Source: Octopus sinensis
Taxonomy: Eukaryota
NCBI RefSeq assembly: GCF_006345805.1
Contig: NC_043025.1
Span: forward strand, 13,640,001-13,704,000
Direction: 5' to 3'
DNA: 64,000 nt
The position numbers and the translations under genes were made by a program. Below are positions 22,801 through 32,430 of this stretch, piece by piece (the stretch's first letter is position 1; each line of letters begins with the position of its first letter). The notes below the pieces were generated by a model that was not told the origin of the DNA, made no database searches, and saw only the letters and a list, made by a program, of their open reading frames with translations.

Positions 22801-25800
22801 TTTATCTATGGACCCATTTGATTATTGTTTTATTCTGGTGACCCCCCTACCACCATTCAATGTTGAAAAACTAGTTTCATATTAACTTTCAAAATTCCTG
22901 TCCTGTTTGTCATACATTAACTTGAGCAGATTGATTTATGTAAAACATGGTTCTCAACCATTTTCATTCTGGTGCCCCCCCCCCTGTAGCCATTCCATGT
23001 TGTAAAACTGGTTTCATATAAACTTCTTTCAAAATTCTGTTGTGTCTGGGGAGGGTCATTTTATTTTTGTGCCTTATAATGTAACACACTCACCGGTAAA
23101 ATTTCCACTTATTTCTTATTTTTATTTTCCTAAAATTTTCATTGCGTCTTGCAACCTTTTCAAGAGTCTTGACTCTGTCCGTTATTTACCCTTCTTTCAA
23201 AATTTCTATTTTATTTTTCACACATTAACTTACGTAGATTGATCTATGTGGAAGCACTCCGTCGGTTACGATGACGAGGGTTCCGGTTGATCCGAATCAA
23301 CGGAACAGTCTGCTCGTGAAATTAACGTGTAAGTGGCTGAGCACTCCACTGACATGTGTACCCTTAACGTAGTTCTCGTGGATATTCAGCGTGACACAGA
23401 GAGTGACAAGGCCGGCCCTTTGAAATACAGGTACAACAGAAACAGGAAGTAAGAGTGAGAGAAAGTTGTGGTGAAAGAGTACAGCAGGGATCACCACCAT
23501 CCCCTGCCGGAGCCTCGTGGAGCTTTTAGGTGTTTTCGCTCAATAAACACTCACAACGCCCGGTCTGAGAATCGAAACCGCGATCTTATGACCGCGAGTC
23601 CGCTGCCCTAACCACTGCGCCTCCAGATTGATCTATGTAAAACGTGGTTCTCAACCATTTTCAATCTGGTGGAACACCACAGCCATTCAATGTTGAAAAA
23701 CTAGTTTTATAGAAACTTCTTTCAAAATTCTCTTGTCTAGGGTGAATTATGTAAGACACCTGAGAAAGAAACCCAGCTGTTTCTTGCAATAAATGCCATT
23801 ATTACACACATGTGAGTGAGAACACTTTGAGATATTTTTGGTATCTAACATATGTCAGATACTGCGAGCGTTGCTTCTGATTGGTCAATCCATGGTGATG
23901 ACCCGAGGTGACGGTGACAGCGCTGCTTCTGATTGGTTAATCCATGGTGATGACCCGAGGTGACGGTGACAGCGCTGCTTCTGATTGGTCAATCCATGGT
24001 GATGACCCGAGGTGACGGTGACAGCGCTGCTTCTGATTGGTTAATCCATGGTGATGACTTGAGGTCATGGTGACGGCACTACTTTTGTCATTCATAAGTT
24101 ACAACTAAACGTGAAGAATTTAGTTATTGGGTAAATAAAATATGGTCGTTTATTCGTGTGTAATAAATAAAATACCAAACTCATTCCCTATGGATACCGT
24201 ATTTATTACAACGAGTGGCTTGTAAACGTATCTAACGAGCGAAAGCGAGTTAGATACGTTTACAAGCCACTCGTTGTAATAAATACAGTATCCATAGGGA
24301 ATGAGTTTCGTATTTTCTATATACATACATGTAAAGCAAGATTTTTTCAGGAGCCCTTAAAATATTATTGTAGATCTCCATTTTGTTACTTTGATGCGTA
24401 GACCCCCCACCAAAATCTTATATGGACCCTAGTTGAGAGCCCCTGCTCCCGATAAAGATGAGAAATTTGGAGATGATTGGTGGAGTTTGGTGGCTGGTTA
24501 AAGGTTGTAAGAATGTATAGGAGTACAAGAGAGAGTGAGAGATATCTTTGATGGAAACGGAGGAGGTCAGAGGTGTGTAGTGGGTGGTGAATGAAGGGAG
24601 GAGTTGGAGGTTCGGTGGCAGATGTATAGGTGTGAGTAGGATGTAGTTGAGGGGGGAGGGGGAGATAATTAGTAACACAGACAGGGTGATGAGTGAAAAA
24701 TGTGAGTGGAGAGGGACTAAGGTGAGAATTAGGGAGGGATGTTATATAGGAAAGTGATTACAGGAAATGGAGGCAGAGAAGGGGGGGATAAGGGACTGGG
24801 TTAATGATTAGGGATGAATATGAAAGGTTAGTTCTAGGAAAAGGGAAAGATAACTGGGGACACAGGAGCAGGGCGATGAGTGAAAGATAAGGGTGGAGAG
24901 GGACTGGGTTAAGGATTAGGGATGAATATGAAAAGTTAGTTCTAGGAAGAGGGAAAGATAAATGGGGGCATAGGAGCAGGATGATGAGTGGAAAATAAGG
25001 GTGGAGAGGGACTGTTGAGAATTAGGGCCGTTTGCCAGCCTTGTCTGGCACCTGTGCCAGTATCGGTGGCACGGAGTGGTTGGCGTTAGGAAGGGCATCC
25101 AGCTGTAGAAACACTGCCAGATCAGACTGGGCCTGGTGCAGCCTTCGGGCTCCCCAGACCCCAGTTGCACTGTCCAACCCATGCCAGCTAAACGATGATG
25201 ATGATGATGATATTAAAAGTGGTTCTAGGGAGGGGAGAGGCAACTAGTAGTCACAGAGAGGGAATAAAATATGTAGTTTTGCTCTCGTTAATTTGCAATA
25301 ACAGTTGAATAATGCAGTAGTTAGAAACATGATAGGGGGGAGAGGTCATGGTGAGGAATTTTTAGACTGGGACAAATTGAAGACTGACCCAGTTCTGTGA
25401 TTGTAAAACCAATTAAATATGTTAATACTTTCGGAAGTAGGGGAGGCAACTCTTGGTTATTGCTTTTGACTCTTTAATTAACCACGGACAATAATTGTTC
25501 ATTAACTGTTTTGTTCTACTCCGTTCTTTAAAGCGTTTCAGTCATCAATTTGCGGCCATGCTGGAGCACTGCCTTGAAAAACTTTTCAGTCAAACGATTC
25601 GACCTGTGTATTTGTTTTGTTTGTTGGGTTTTTTTAAGCCTGATATTTTATCAGTTTTTTTGCCAAGCTGCTATGTCACAGGGACATAAGCACACCAGCT
25701 CCCGTTGTCGAGCAGTGGTAGAGGACAAACACAGACTCTCTCTCACACACCCACATAAAGTTCTGGGCTTTGGAGTCAAAAAAAAAATAGAGGATCATCA

Positions 25801-28800
25801 GTTAATTATGATCTTATTCAACATATTCCCCCTCTCAGATTCACACGCTTATTGCAGTGGCCCTTCAGGTCAGTTTTTCTAAGCCCTATAAAAGAACTGG
25901 GAAGGTTGGGTCTCGAAGTAGACCTTTTATGACACCCTTAAAGGCAGGAACTTTTGAGCACGCCCACATGTGCATGTGTGTGTATATATGTATGTGTACA
26001 AGGGGATGCAAAAAGTTCCTGGTTTGGGGTTCAAGAAATTTGAGGAGGATCAGTTAATTCTGAACGTATTGAATATATTCCTTCTCTCAGATTCACACAC
26101 TGAGATTGCAGCGGTCCTTCAGTTTTACTAGGCCCTGTAAAAGAACTCGGAAGGATGGGCCTCCAACCTCGTCTTTTGCGATACCCTTAAAGCCAGCAAG
26201 TGTTAGGACATCTGGATGTAAAAACCTTGCCAGATCAGATGAGAGCCTGGTGCAGCTTCTTGGCTTGCCAGACTGTCTAACCCATGCCAACACGGAAAGC
26301 GGACATTAAATGGTAATGATTACATACGAGGCTGTACTGGAAACTTCCTGGCTTTGGATAAAAGAAAATACAGAAAGATCAGTTAATTTTGACTTTACTC
26401 AACATATTCCCCTCTCAGATTCACACATTTATTGCGACGATCCTTCAATCCCATTGTGAACGATGGTAACCTAGTTTTGTTGTTTCTTTTTCGCTTTACA
26501 TACTGTGCATGTTTTTGAAGCATTTGTCTCCTTGGCAGTGGTGGGGGGGGGAACAGTAATGGAAAACGTCCACATCACTTCACCATGCAGTGAACATTCC
26601 GTACTTTATCAGGTCTGATGCTTCTATCATTTCACAGAACCATAGATTCCTGAATGTCAATCCATCCCATACACAGCCCTGCGTCTATAATAATAATAAT
26701 GAAATTATTGTATACAGTGCTCAGGTGCACCACAACTTGTCAGAGAGTGTGTATAGAGTATATGCAGTAATGTACAAATGTCTGGAAAGCGAACAATGTA
26801 CGAGTCAGATACATGCTTGCGTGTGTATGGAGGGGAGAAAATCAGGTGTAGTGTTGGCGAATCTCTCAGGAAGCATGGAAGTTTTGAAGGATGCAGTGCT
26901 CCGGCAGTTTGTTCCATGCTTCAACGTGTGTATGGAGGGGAGAAGATCAGGTGTAGTGTTGGCGAATCTCTCAGGAAGCATGGAAGTTTTGAAGGATGCA
27001 GTGCTCCGGCAGTTTATTCCATGCTTCAATGTGTGTATGGAGGGGAGAAGATCAGGTGTAGTGTTGGCGAATCTCTCAGGAAGCATGGAAGTTTTGAAGG
27101 ATGCAGTGCTCCGGCAGTTTGTTCCATGCTTCAGCAACTCAGCGTGAAAAAATGTTTCCGAAAGTCATGAAAGGAGCTGTGCTGTTTTCTGACTTTGTAA
27201 ATATGTCCACGGTTGTTAGACAGGTGGAGTTTGAAAAGGTGCTCAGAGTTATTGTTTGTACGATGGTTGATAATTTTATGGCTGCCAAATCAAAAGCGAG
27301 TTCACGACACACATGTCAACTGTATACAAGAAAATTTTTTTTGGTACCATTGCACAAATTTTCCCACCTATATAGACACAGGAGCGGCTGTGTGGTGCTT
27401 ACCAACCACATGGTTCCGGGTTCAGTCCCACTGCTTATGATAATAAGTGATAACAATAATAACCCTTTTTTCTTTTCTTTGTGCATTGCAGGGGCCAAAC
27501 GTCTTGGGAGAAACATACAAGAGATGACAGGCAATGCTCCCTCGTTTTTCTTCATCCTTTGTTGGTACTACGTCTCTCCTCTCTTTATATTGGTGAGTAT
27601 GGCCTTACATGTTGTTGTTCATCCCCAGGTTAGTCCTGATCCCTGATCCAATAGAATCATGATCGAAGACGTTCCAGCTGTGACCATCCTGTCTTTTATT
27701 CAGAGAAAGTGTATCTAGGACTACATTATCTAATGTGTCCTTCCTTATTGCTGTTGTTTAGCCCCAGGTCAGTCCTGATCCCTGATCCAGTAGAATCGTG
27801 ATCAAAGTTGTTCCAACTGTGACCATCCTGTCTTTTATTCAGGCATAGTGTATCTAGGACTACATTATCTAATGTGTCCTTCCTTATTGCTGTTGTTTAG
27901 CCCCAGGTCAGTCCTGATCCCTGATCCAGTAGAATCATGATCAAGGATGTTCCAACTGTGACCATCCTGTCTTTTATTCAGGCATTGTGTATCTAGGACT
28001 ACATTATCTAATGTGTCATTCCTTGTTGCTTAGTTATAGGTCAGTCCTAATCCAGACACACCTATGATCAAAGATGTTCCAGTTGTGACCATCCTGTCTT
28101 TTATTCAAACACAGAGTATCTAGGATTAAATATGTACCAGTTACGCACTGAGGTTGATATAATCGACTTGATCCGTTCGTCTGCCCTTGTGGGTAGTAAA
28201 GAAATAAGAAACGTTAGCACGCCTGGCGAAATTCTTAGCAGTATTTCATCTGTCTTTACGTTCAGAGTTCAAATTCCGTCAAGGTCGATTAAATAAGTAC
28301 CAGTTATGCACTGGGGTCGATATAATCGACTTAATCCATTTGTCTGTCCACTCTGTGTTTAGCCCCTTGTGGGTAGTAAAGAAATAGGTTTTTTGTCTGC
28401 CACTACATTCTGAGGTCAACTTTGACTTTCATCCTTTTGGGGTCAATAAATTAAGTACCATTTGCGAACTGGTATCGATCTAATCGACTGGCCCCTCCCC
28501 CAAAATTTTGGGCCTTGTGCCTAGAGTAAAAAAGTATACTCCCTATAAACCCAATTACACATGATTCCCTCTTTTTCAGGCTATTTTGATCTTCAGTATG
28601 ATCCAGTACTCGGACCTGGAAGTGGGTGGCTACGTCTACCCGAAATGGGCAATAGGCATTGGATGGTTCATTACTTCTTTGTCCCTCGTTTGTATCCCTT
28701 TGGGCATGATTGATGCTGTCTACAATTCTAAAGGGAACAACTTGTGGCAGGTATGTGTAACCTTGAATTTCCCTACTTGAACCCCTTCCCCCGCTTTATT

Positions 28801-30862
28801 TTCATTTACCCTGGTCTTTGGACCTTCTTCAGCTATGCAACAACCCTGTAGAGTAAGATCTAGAAAGGGCATAACCCAAGCAAAATAGCACATGGGTAGG
28901 GATCTGGGTGGTGCCGTGTAGTCCTTGAGAAATGGCTTCAGTAGTTCGAAAGGTTGATGACCTTCTGAGTGAGGTGAACATAAAATGTGCCCTTTTTAAA
29001 GCCTAACCAGGCTCATGGGCCCGGTTTCCCGGTTTCAATGGCGTATGTGTTCCCCAGCTGGATGGGAGGCCAGTCCATCGCAGCGTGACTCATTTTTGCC
29101 AGCTGAGTGAACTGGAGCAACGTGAAATGAAGTGTTTTGCTCAAGAACACAACGCGTCACCCGGTCCAGGAATCGAAACCACAATCTTACAATCATGATG
29201 CTGACACCCTAACCACTAGGCCACGTGCCTGAAGGTGGACATTTGGCCAGGCATAATGAAACAAAGGAAGTGATCACATTCACACCAGTTGTCAAGCAGT
29301 GGTGGGAGACAAACACACACATACTTATTATCATCATCATAATTTAACATCCATCTTCCATGTTGGCATGGGTTAGATGATTTGACAGGAGCCGATAAGC
29401 CAGTGGATTGGACCAGGCCCCAGTACTGGTTTGGCATGGGTCTTAATCATTCTCTTTTTGTGCCTTATAATTTAACACAGTCACCGGTAAAATTTCCACT
29501 TGTTCTTTATTTTTACTTTCCTAAAATAATAATAAAGTGGAAATTTTACCAGTGTGTCTGTTAAATCATAAGGCACAAAAAGAAAATAACTCTCCCCAGA
29601 CACAAAAGTATATCTATATATATAAAACTGTAGTTGTGTGAGTGTCTGTCCCCTTCGATTTAGATTCCTAACTACTCCCACATTTTGCGGTGCAGTTTAA
29701 CCAAATTCGGGTATCTTATAGTCGTGATTCATATCGAGCCCGTCTGGCTATTAGCGCGCGTCTACGATGAGTCTACGATTTAAAAAAAAATTTAACATCA
29801 TTTTTTATTCCATTTTAATGCATAATTTTTCGTGTGTCGATGGCGGCGGAGTTGGCGTCCATGGTCACACCTGCACCTGTTTGCTTCTCCCCCTTCTTCC
29901 CTCCCTCGTGAAGCTGTGGGGAAGGGAGTGTAAGGAAATCAACGTCGTAAAGCGTTGTCAAGGAGACCAGCGTTCTTTTAGAACAACGACTTCATGGCTT
30001 GAAGACACCAAAACAGAAATGGCTAAGAAAGCCCGAATTGGCATCTATAAGGAAAGTAGCTCTCTAAAAATGCTTATATAGTTATTTCCCTTACAAATCC
30101 GAGCAACGCCGGGCGATACTGCTAGTCTATATATAATTAAGTAAGGGTAGAAATTGATATTAATCAATTAATGTTATATATTTTCATTTGTCTTGCATAT
30201 TTTTACATTTTGGTGAAAACACATTGTTCATGGTAAGGGCGATTTGACGTCTATGCTTAGCATATTGGCTGTCCATTTTCAGTGGTCAGTCCTGTAAATT
30301 TTGTGTATATATATATAGATACACACAAACAGGCTTCTTTCAGTTTGTCTACTAAATCCACTCTCAAGGCTTTGGTCAGCCTGAGGCTACAGTAAAAGAC
30401 ACTTGCCCAAGGTGCCTCACAGTAGGACTGAACCTGGGACCATGTGGTTGGTAAGCAAGCTTCTTACCACATAGCTATGCCTGCGCCTAACACGGCGGGC
30501 TTCTTTCAGTTTCCATCTACTAAATCCACTCTCAAGGCTTTGGTCAGTCTAAGGCTATAGTAAAAGACACTTGCCCAAGGTGCCACGCAGTGGGACTGAA
30601 CCCGGAACCATGTGGTTCGGAAGCAAGCTACTTACCACACCTGCTCCATGAACATTAAATGGTGATGATAACACACTCTTTCCCTCTCTCGTCTCCATTC
30701 TGCTATTGACTGTATCTGGTTTCACTTGTTTTTTTCCTTCCTTTACAGAAGTTCCGCAACTCTCTAACCTCGCCCATCATGGAGGAAAGCACGACCATGG
30801 AACTGTGCAACAAAGAGAGGTCTCGTCCAAACTTGGACACACTGAAAGCTTCAACGATGTGA
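1888..30862 (+). CDS. SLC6 (NSS) sodium-dependent neurotransmitter/amino-acid transporter, inebriated-like; 5'-partial, 11 exons (join 1888-2104, 5351-5483, 6839-6973, 10835-10938, 17101-17225, 18103-18215, 18353-18493, 21096-21195, 27492-27592, 28580-28750, 30749-30862)
   Basis: All exons have AG/GT boundaries and compatible phases, giving 1454 nt and about 483 aa to TGA. SLC6 motifs: EL2 C-x8-[68 protein letters not shown]. Exon sizes 104/125/113/100/101 are typical of the family. The ine assignment rests on my recall of the QNFNS motif. Confidence 0.96.
2700..3325 (+). mobile_element. Two adjacent decayed CORE-type tRNA SINEs
   Basis: gtgtccttgagcaagac core and ctacgttaagggtacac body; homologous to 56270-56595. 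Confidence 0.7.
3540..4260. repeat. AT-rich minisatellite (~59-bp unit built from ~15-bp tttgctcattactaa subunits)
   Basis: Visible periodicity, most regular at 3670-3920. Confidence 0.9.
5351..5483 (+). CDS. SLC6 exon: EL2 and TM4
   Basis: ttccag|G...AAG|gtatt; [44 protein letters not shown]. Confidence 0.95.
6600..6735. repeat. CT-rich polypurine/polypyrimidine tract
   Basis: Repeated ctctcctctccctctctctccttccttctcttt. Confidence 0.9.
6839..6973 (+). CDS. SLC6 exon: TM5
   Basis: ctccag|GTC...AAA|gtaagt; [45 protein letters not shown]. Confidence 0.96.
7650..7962 (-). mobile_element. Partial copy of the (TAA)n-flanked ~550-bp interspersed element
   Basis: Reverse complement of about 11878-12190. 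Confidence 0.8.
8031..8258. repeat. Foldback (MITE-like) inverted repeat with ~105-bp arms and a 12-nt loop
   Basis: 8031-8140 pairs with 8153-8258; about 8 mismatches by hand count. Confidence 0.9.
8274..8450 (-). mobile_element. 5'-truncated R4/Dong-like non-LTR retrotransposon 3' end within (TAA)n
   Basis: Minus-strand frame [24 protein letters not shown] (LLGTAHILR is typical of the R4-clade C-terminus); (TAA)n on both sides. Confidence 0.8.
8755..9146 (+). mobile_element. tRNA-derived SINE, the most abundant family (representative copy; dozens of others, e.g. 2235-2695, 9898-10650, 16610-17020, 34080-34360, 52075-52482, 63062-63385)
   Basis: Head ggcgcaggagtgg-tgtgt with A-box-like and ggttcagtccc B-box-like motifs, tgggcaagtgtctt core and internal (TA)/(TG) tract. 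Confidence 0.9.
9150..9387 (+). mobile_element. Helitron-like 3' end
   Basis: ctgagcaacgccaggcgatactgCTAG|T, the same terminus as 29613-30125. Confidence 0.6.
10835..10938 (+). CDS. SLC6 exon: TM6
   Basis: ctccag|GTA...AA|gtaaat; 104 nt; [34 protein letters not shown]. Confidence 0.96.
11878..12426 (+). mobile_element. ~550-bp interspersed element flanked on both sides by (TAA)n
   Basis: (aat)n|atgccctgatgcag ... ctctcactc|(aat)n; second copy at 7650-7962. Confidence 0.75.
12655..13140. repeat. Imperfect trinucleotide repeat (GTA/GTG/GTT)n
   Basis: Explains the Thr-, Val- and Gly/Ser/Cys-rich ORFs in several frames. Confidence 0.95.
13471..15290. repeat. 92-bp tandem array: ~9.5 near-identical units followed by ~9 diverged units
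   Basis: aagacaataaggtgtgatttgagggagatttggctgct... recurs at 13471, 13563, 13655 and so on. Confidence 0.95.
15579..15956 (+). mobile_element. Short structured retroposon, copy 2 (locally duplicated into a dimer)
   Basis: 14-bp TSD acagctgggtgccc at 15565-15578 and 15957-15970; second unit starts at about 15750. Confidence 0.8.
17101..17225 (+). CDS. SLC6 exon: TM7
   Basis: tttcag|G...G|gtaagt; 125 nt; [41 protein letters not shown]. Confidence 0.96.
17411..17969. mobile_element. Two tandem piggyBac-type MITEs (17411-17632; 17664-17969 with an ~84-bp internal insert)
   Basis: TTAA|CCCTTT ... AAAGGG|TTAA at both copies. Confidence 0.8.
18103..18215 (+). CDS. SLC6 exon: EL4 and TM8
   Basis: tcgcag|GG...CAG|gtagg; 113 nt; [38 protein letters not shown]. 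Confidence 0.96.
18353..18493 (+). CDS. SLC6 exon: TM8 end and TM9
   Basis: ctacag|TTC...CAG|gtgagt; [47 protein letters not shown]. Confidence 0.96.
18700..19180. repeat. CA/TA-rich compound repeat with a ~120-bp higher-order unit (~3 copies)
   Basis: catagaaaatacacaaacacagacatgcaagcatatgaat recurs three times. Confidence 0.9.
19480..19830 (-). mobile_element. Degenerate LINE (CR1/L2-like) ORF2 C-terminal fragment
   Basis: Minus frame [17 protein letters not shown]...AFKKQ...SRVPDEP, resembling the LINE GP.LFN.LP motif. Confidence 0.65.
19935..20167 (-). mobile_element. Full-length Meta-type tRNA SINE nested antisense in a copy of its own family
   Basis: 12-bp TSD aaattaagtacc at 19923-19934 and 20168-20179; gcctttcatcctttcggggtcgataaa core. 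Confidence 0.85.
21096..21195 (+). CDS. SLC6 exon: TM10
   Basis: ttgcag|GGT...G|gtaaga; 100 nt; [33 protein letters not shown]. Confidence 0.96.
22070..23720. repeat. Degenerate ~100-200-bp tandem family (catttgttgtttaaaaactagtttt...gaaactcctttcaaaattcc) interrupted by other elements; an inverted copy lies at ~60780-61010
   Basis: Core motif recurs at about 22141, 22310/22530, 22697, 22860, 22990, 23685. Confidence 0.75.
22321..22529. mobile_element. piggyBac-type MITE, second family
   Basis: TTAA|CCCTTTAGT ... ACTAAAGGG|TTAA; sibling repeat units show the empty TTAA site. Confidence 0.85.
23868..24075. repeat. 52-bp tandem repeat, ~4 copies
   Basis: gcgctgcttctgattggtcaatccatggtgatgacccgaggtgacggtgaca at 23868, 23920, 23972, 24024. 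Confidence 0.95.
24169..24316. repeat. Near-perfect palindrome: 68-bp arms, 2 mismatches, central gagcgaaagcga
   Basis: Base-by-base pairing of 24169-24236 with 24249-24316. Confidence 0.95.
25755..26450. mobile_element. Cluster of mariner-like MITE fragments (further copies at 59678-59862 and 59871-60079)
   Basis: TIR-like tacgaggggtgctgaaaagttcctggc ... gccaggaacttttcagcacc variants with a shared internal attcccctctcagattcacac. Confidence 0.65.
26690..27135 (-). mobile_element. CR1/L2-like LINE 3' end with (ATT)n tail and an internal 120-bp triplication; second copy at 51490-51695 (+)
   Basis: Minus strand encodes a EAWNKLP-like motif; tail (att)n. Confidence 0.7.
27492..27592 (+). CDS. 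SLC6 exon: TM11
   Basis: ttgcag|GG...TTG|gtgagt; 101 nt; [34 protein letters not shown]. Confidence 0.95.
27623..28110. repeat. 139-bp tandem repeat, ~3.5 copies (family also at ~35580 and 44220-44610)
   Basis: ccccagg at 27623, 27762, 27901; core gtgaccatcctgtcttttattcag. Confidence 0.9.
28580..28750 (+). CDS. SLC6 exon: TM12
   Basis: tttcag|GCT...CAG|gtatgt; [57 protein letters not shown]. Confidence 0.95.
29613..30125 (+). mobile_element. Non-autonomous Helitron, 513 bp
   Basis: A|TCtatatatataaaa ... ccgagcaacgccggg hairpin ... CTAG|T; no TSD. Confidence 0.8.
30749..30862 (+). CDS. SLC6 terminal coding exon
   Basis: Polypyrimidine tract then tacag|AAG; phase 0; [37 protein letters not shown]. 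Confidence 0.85.
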   Translation, partial: KFRNSLTSPIMEESTTMELCNKERSRPNLDTLKASTM

Positions 30863-31741
30863 AGTGTGGGCTTTCATGCCCTTCTATTTTTCTTTCTTGT
30901 TATATATATTTTTTGTATTTTATATATACTGTCATCGTCATCACCATCTTGTTGGTTGACACAAATCACATGAGCACAAGGTCACGTGGTTGTCAGAGCT
31001 GGAGTGGACAATGGTCACATGACTTTTTTTTTTTTTTAAACTTTTTCTTTCTTATTTACAAATTTTTTTTTCCCAGGGAAACGTGATTCATTATATCATA
31101 CTATGACTCTCTGAAGTCCTGGAGGCAGGGGGGGACTCATGGTGGTGGGGTGTTGGGGGGAAAAAGGACTATTCCTAGGTCACATGACTTTGAAAACTCT
31201 ATGCATCTCCTCCAGTCTAATTTGCATAATCTCAAAACTTAAGGACGACACTTGACCATTCCCACCATGACTGACCAATCAACCCTTAAATAATTCTTCA
31301 GGTTTCAAATACTGCCATTTTACGGAAAGGATACAGGTGTGGCTGATTTCTTGAGAAGCTTTCTCTCCAACCTCAGGGTTCCAGGTTCAAATCCTTTGGT
31401 AAGTATCTTCAGCTCCATACATGTATATATAGGGGTGGTGACCCCTGTTGTACTCTTTCTGTTTCTTGAGTAACGCTGCGATGGACTGGTGTCCTGTCCA
31501 GCTGGGGGGGAACACATGCACTACAGAAACCCCGGCTTGAAAAGGGGGCATAAATATAGATTCTCCTCCCTCCACATGTAGAGAGGTTATGTGCCTTCAG
31601 CCATTTCAGTCTGACAAGAAGCCTATACTGCTAAGCACATTATAGGTGTGAAACCAAAGGTCATCCTCTGACTGGCCATAGCGTATGTAGCCTGAATTTT
31701 ATCAACTTCATTCCCAAAATTTGAATATACTCAGCACCCAC

Positions 31742-32430
31742 CTTCATCATCATCATCATCATCATCATTTAACGTCCGCTTTCCATGCTAGCATGGGTTG
31801 GACGGTTCAACTGGGGTCTGGGGAGCCCGAAAGCTGCACCAGTCCAGTCAGATCTGGCAGTGTTTCTACAGCGGATGCCCTTCCTAACGCCAACCACTCC
31901 GAGAGTGTGTGGGTGATTTTATGTGCCACCGATACAGGTGCCAGACGAGGCTGGCAAACGGCCACGCTCGGATGGTTGTTTTTTATGTGCAACGACACAG
32001 GTGCCAGACGAGGCTGGCAGACGGCCACGCGGATGGTTTTGTTTTTTAGTGCCACCGACACGGTGCCAGACGAGCTGGCAGACGGCCACGCTCGGATGGT
32101 GTTTTTATGTGCCACCGACACAGGTGCCAGACGAGGCTGGCAGACGGCCACGCTCGGATGGTGTTTTTATGTGCCACCGACACAGGTGCCAGATGAGGCT
32201 GGCAAACGGCCACGATCGGATGGTGCTTGTTACGTGCCCACAGCGGAGGCCAGTCGATGCGGTACTGGCTACGGCACGTTCGGATGGTTTTCTTATGTGC
32301 CACGTGCCACCGCACTGGTACCACAAAGATACAAATTCCATTGATGTTCATCTATTTTGATTTGTTTTGATTTTCACTTGTCTCAACAGGTCTTCACAAG
32401 TGTCACAAGAGGAAGGTATGCACAGGTGGA
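31742..32430 (-). mobile_element. RTE 3'-UTR-derived element with an expanded ~62-bp internal repeat; related opposite-orientation copy at 38195-38633
   Basis: (GAT)n tail and ttaggaagggcatccagctgtagaaac shared with the RTE copies at 46-49 kb; unit gtgccaccgacacaggtgccagacgaggctggcagacggccacgctcggatgg. Confidence 0.75.
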
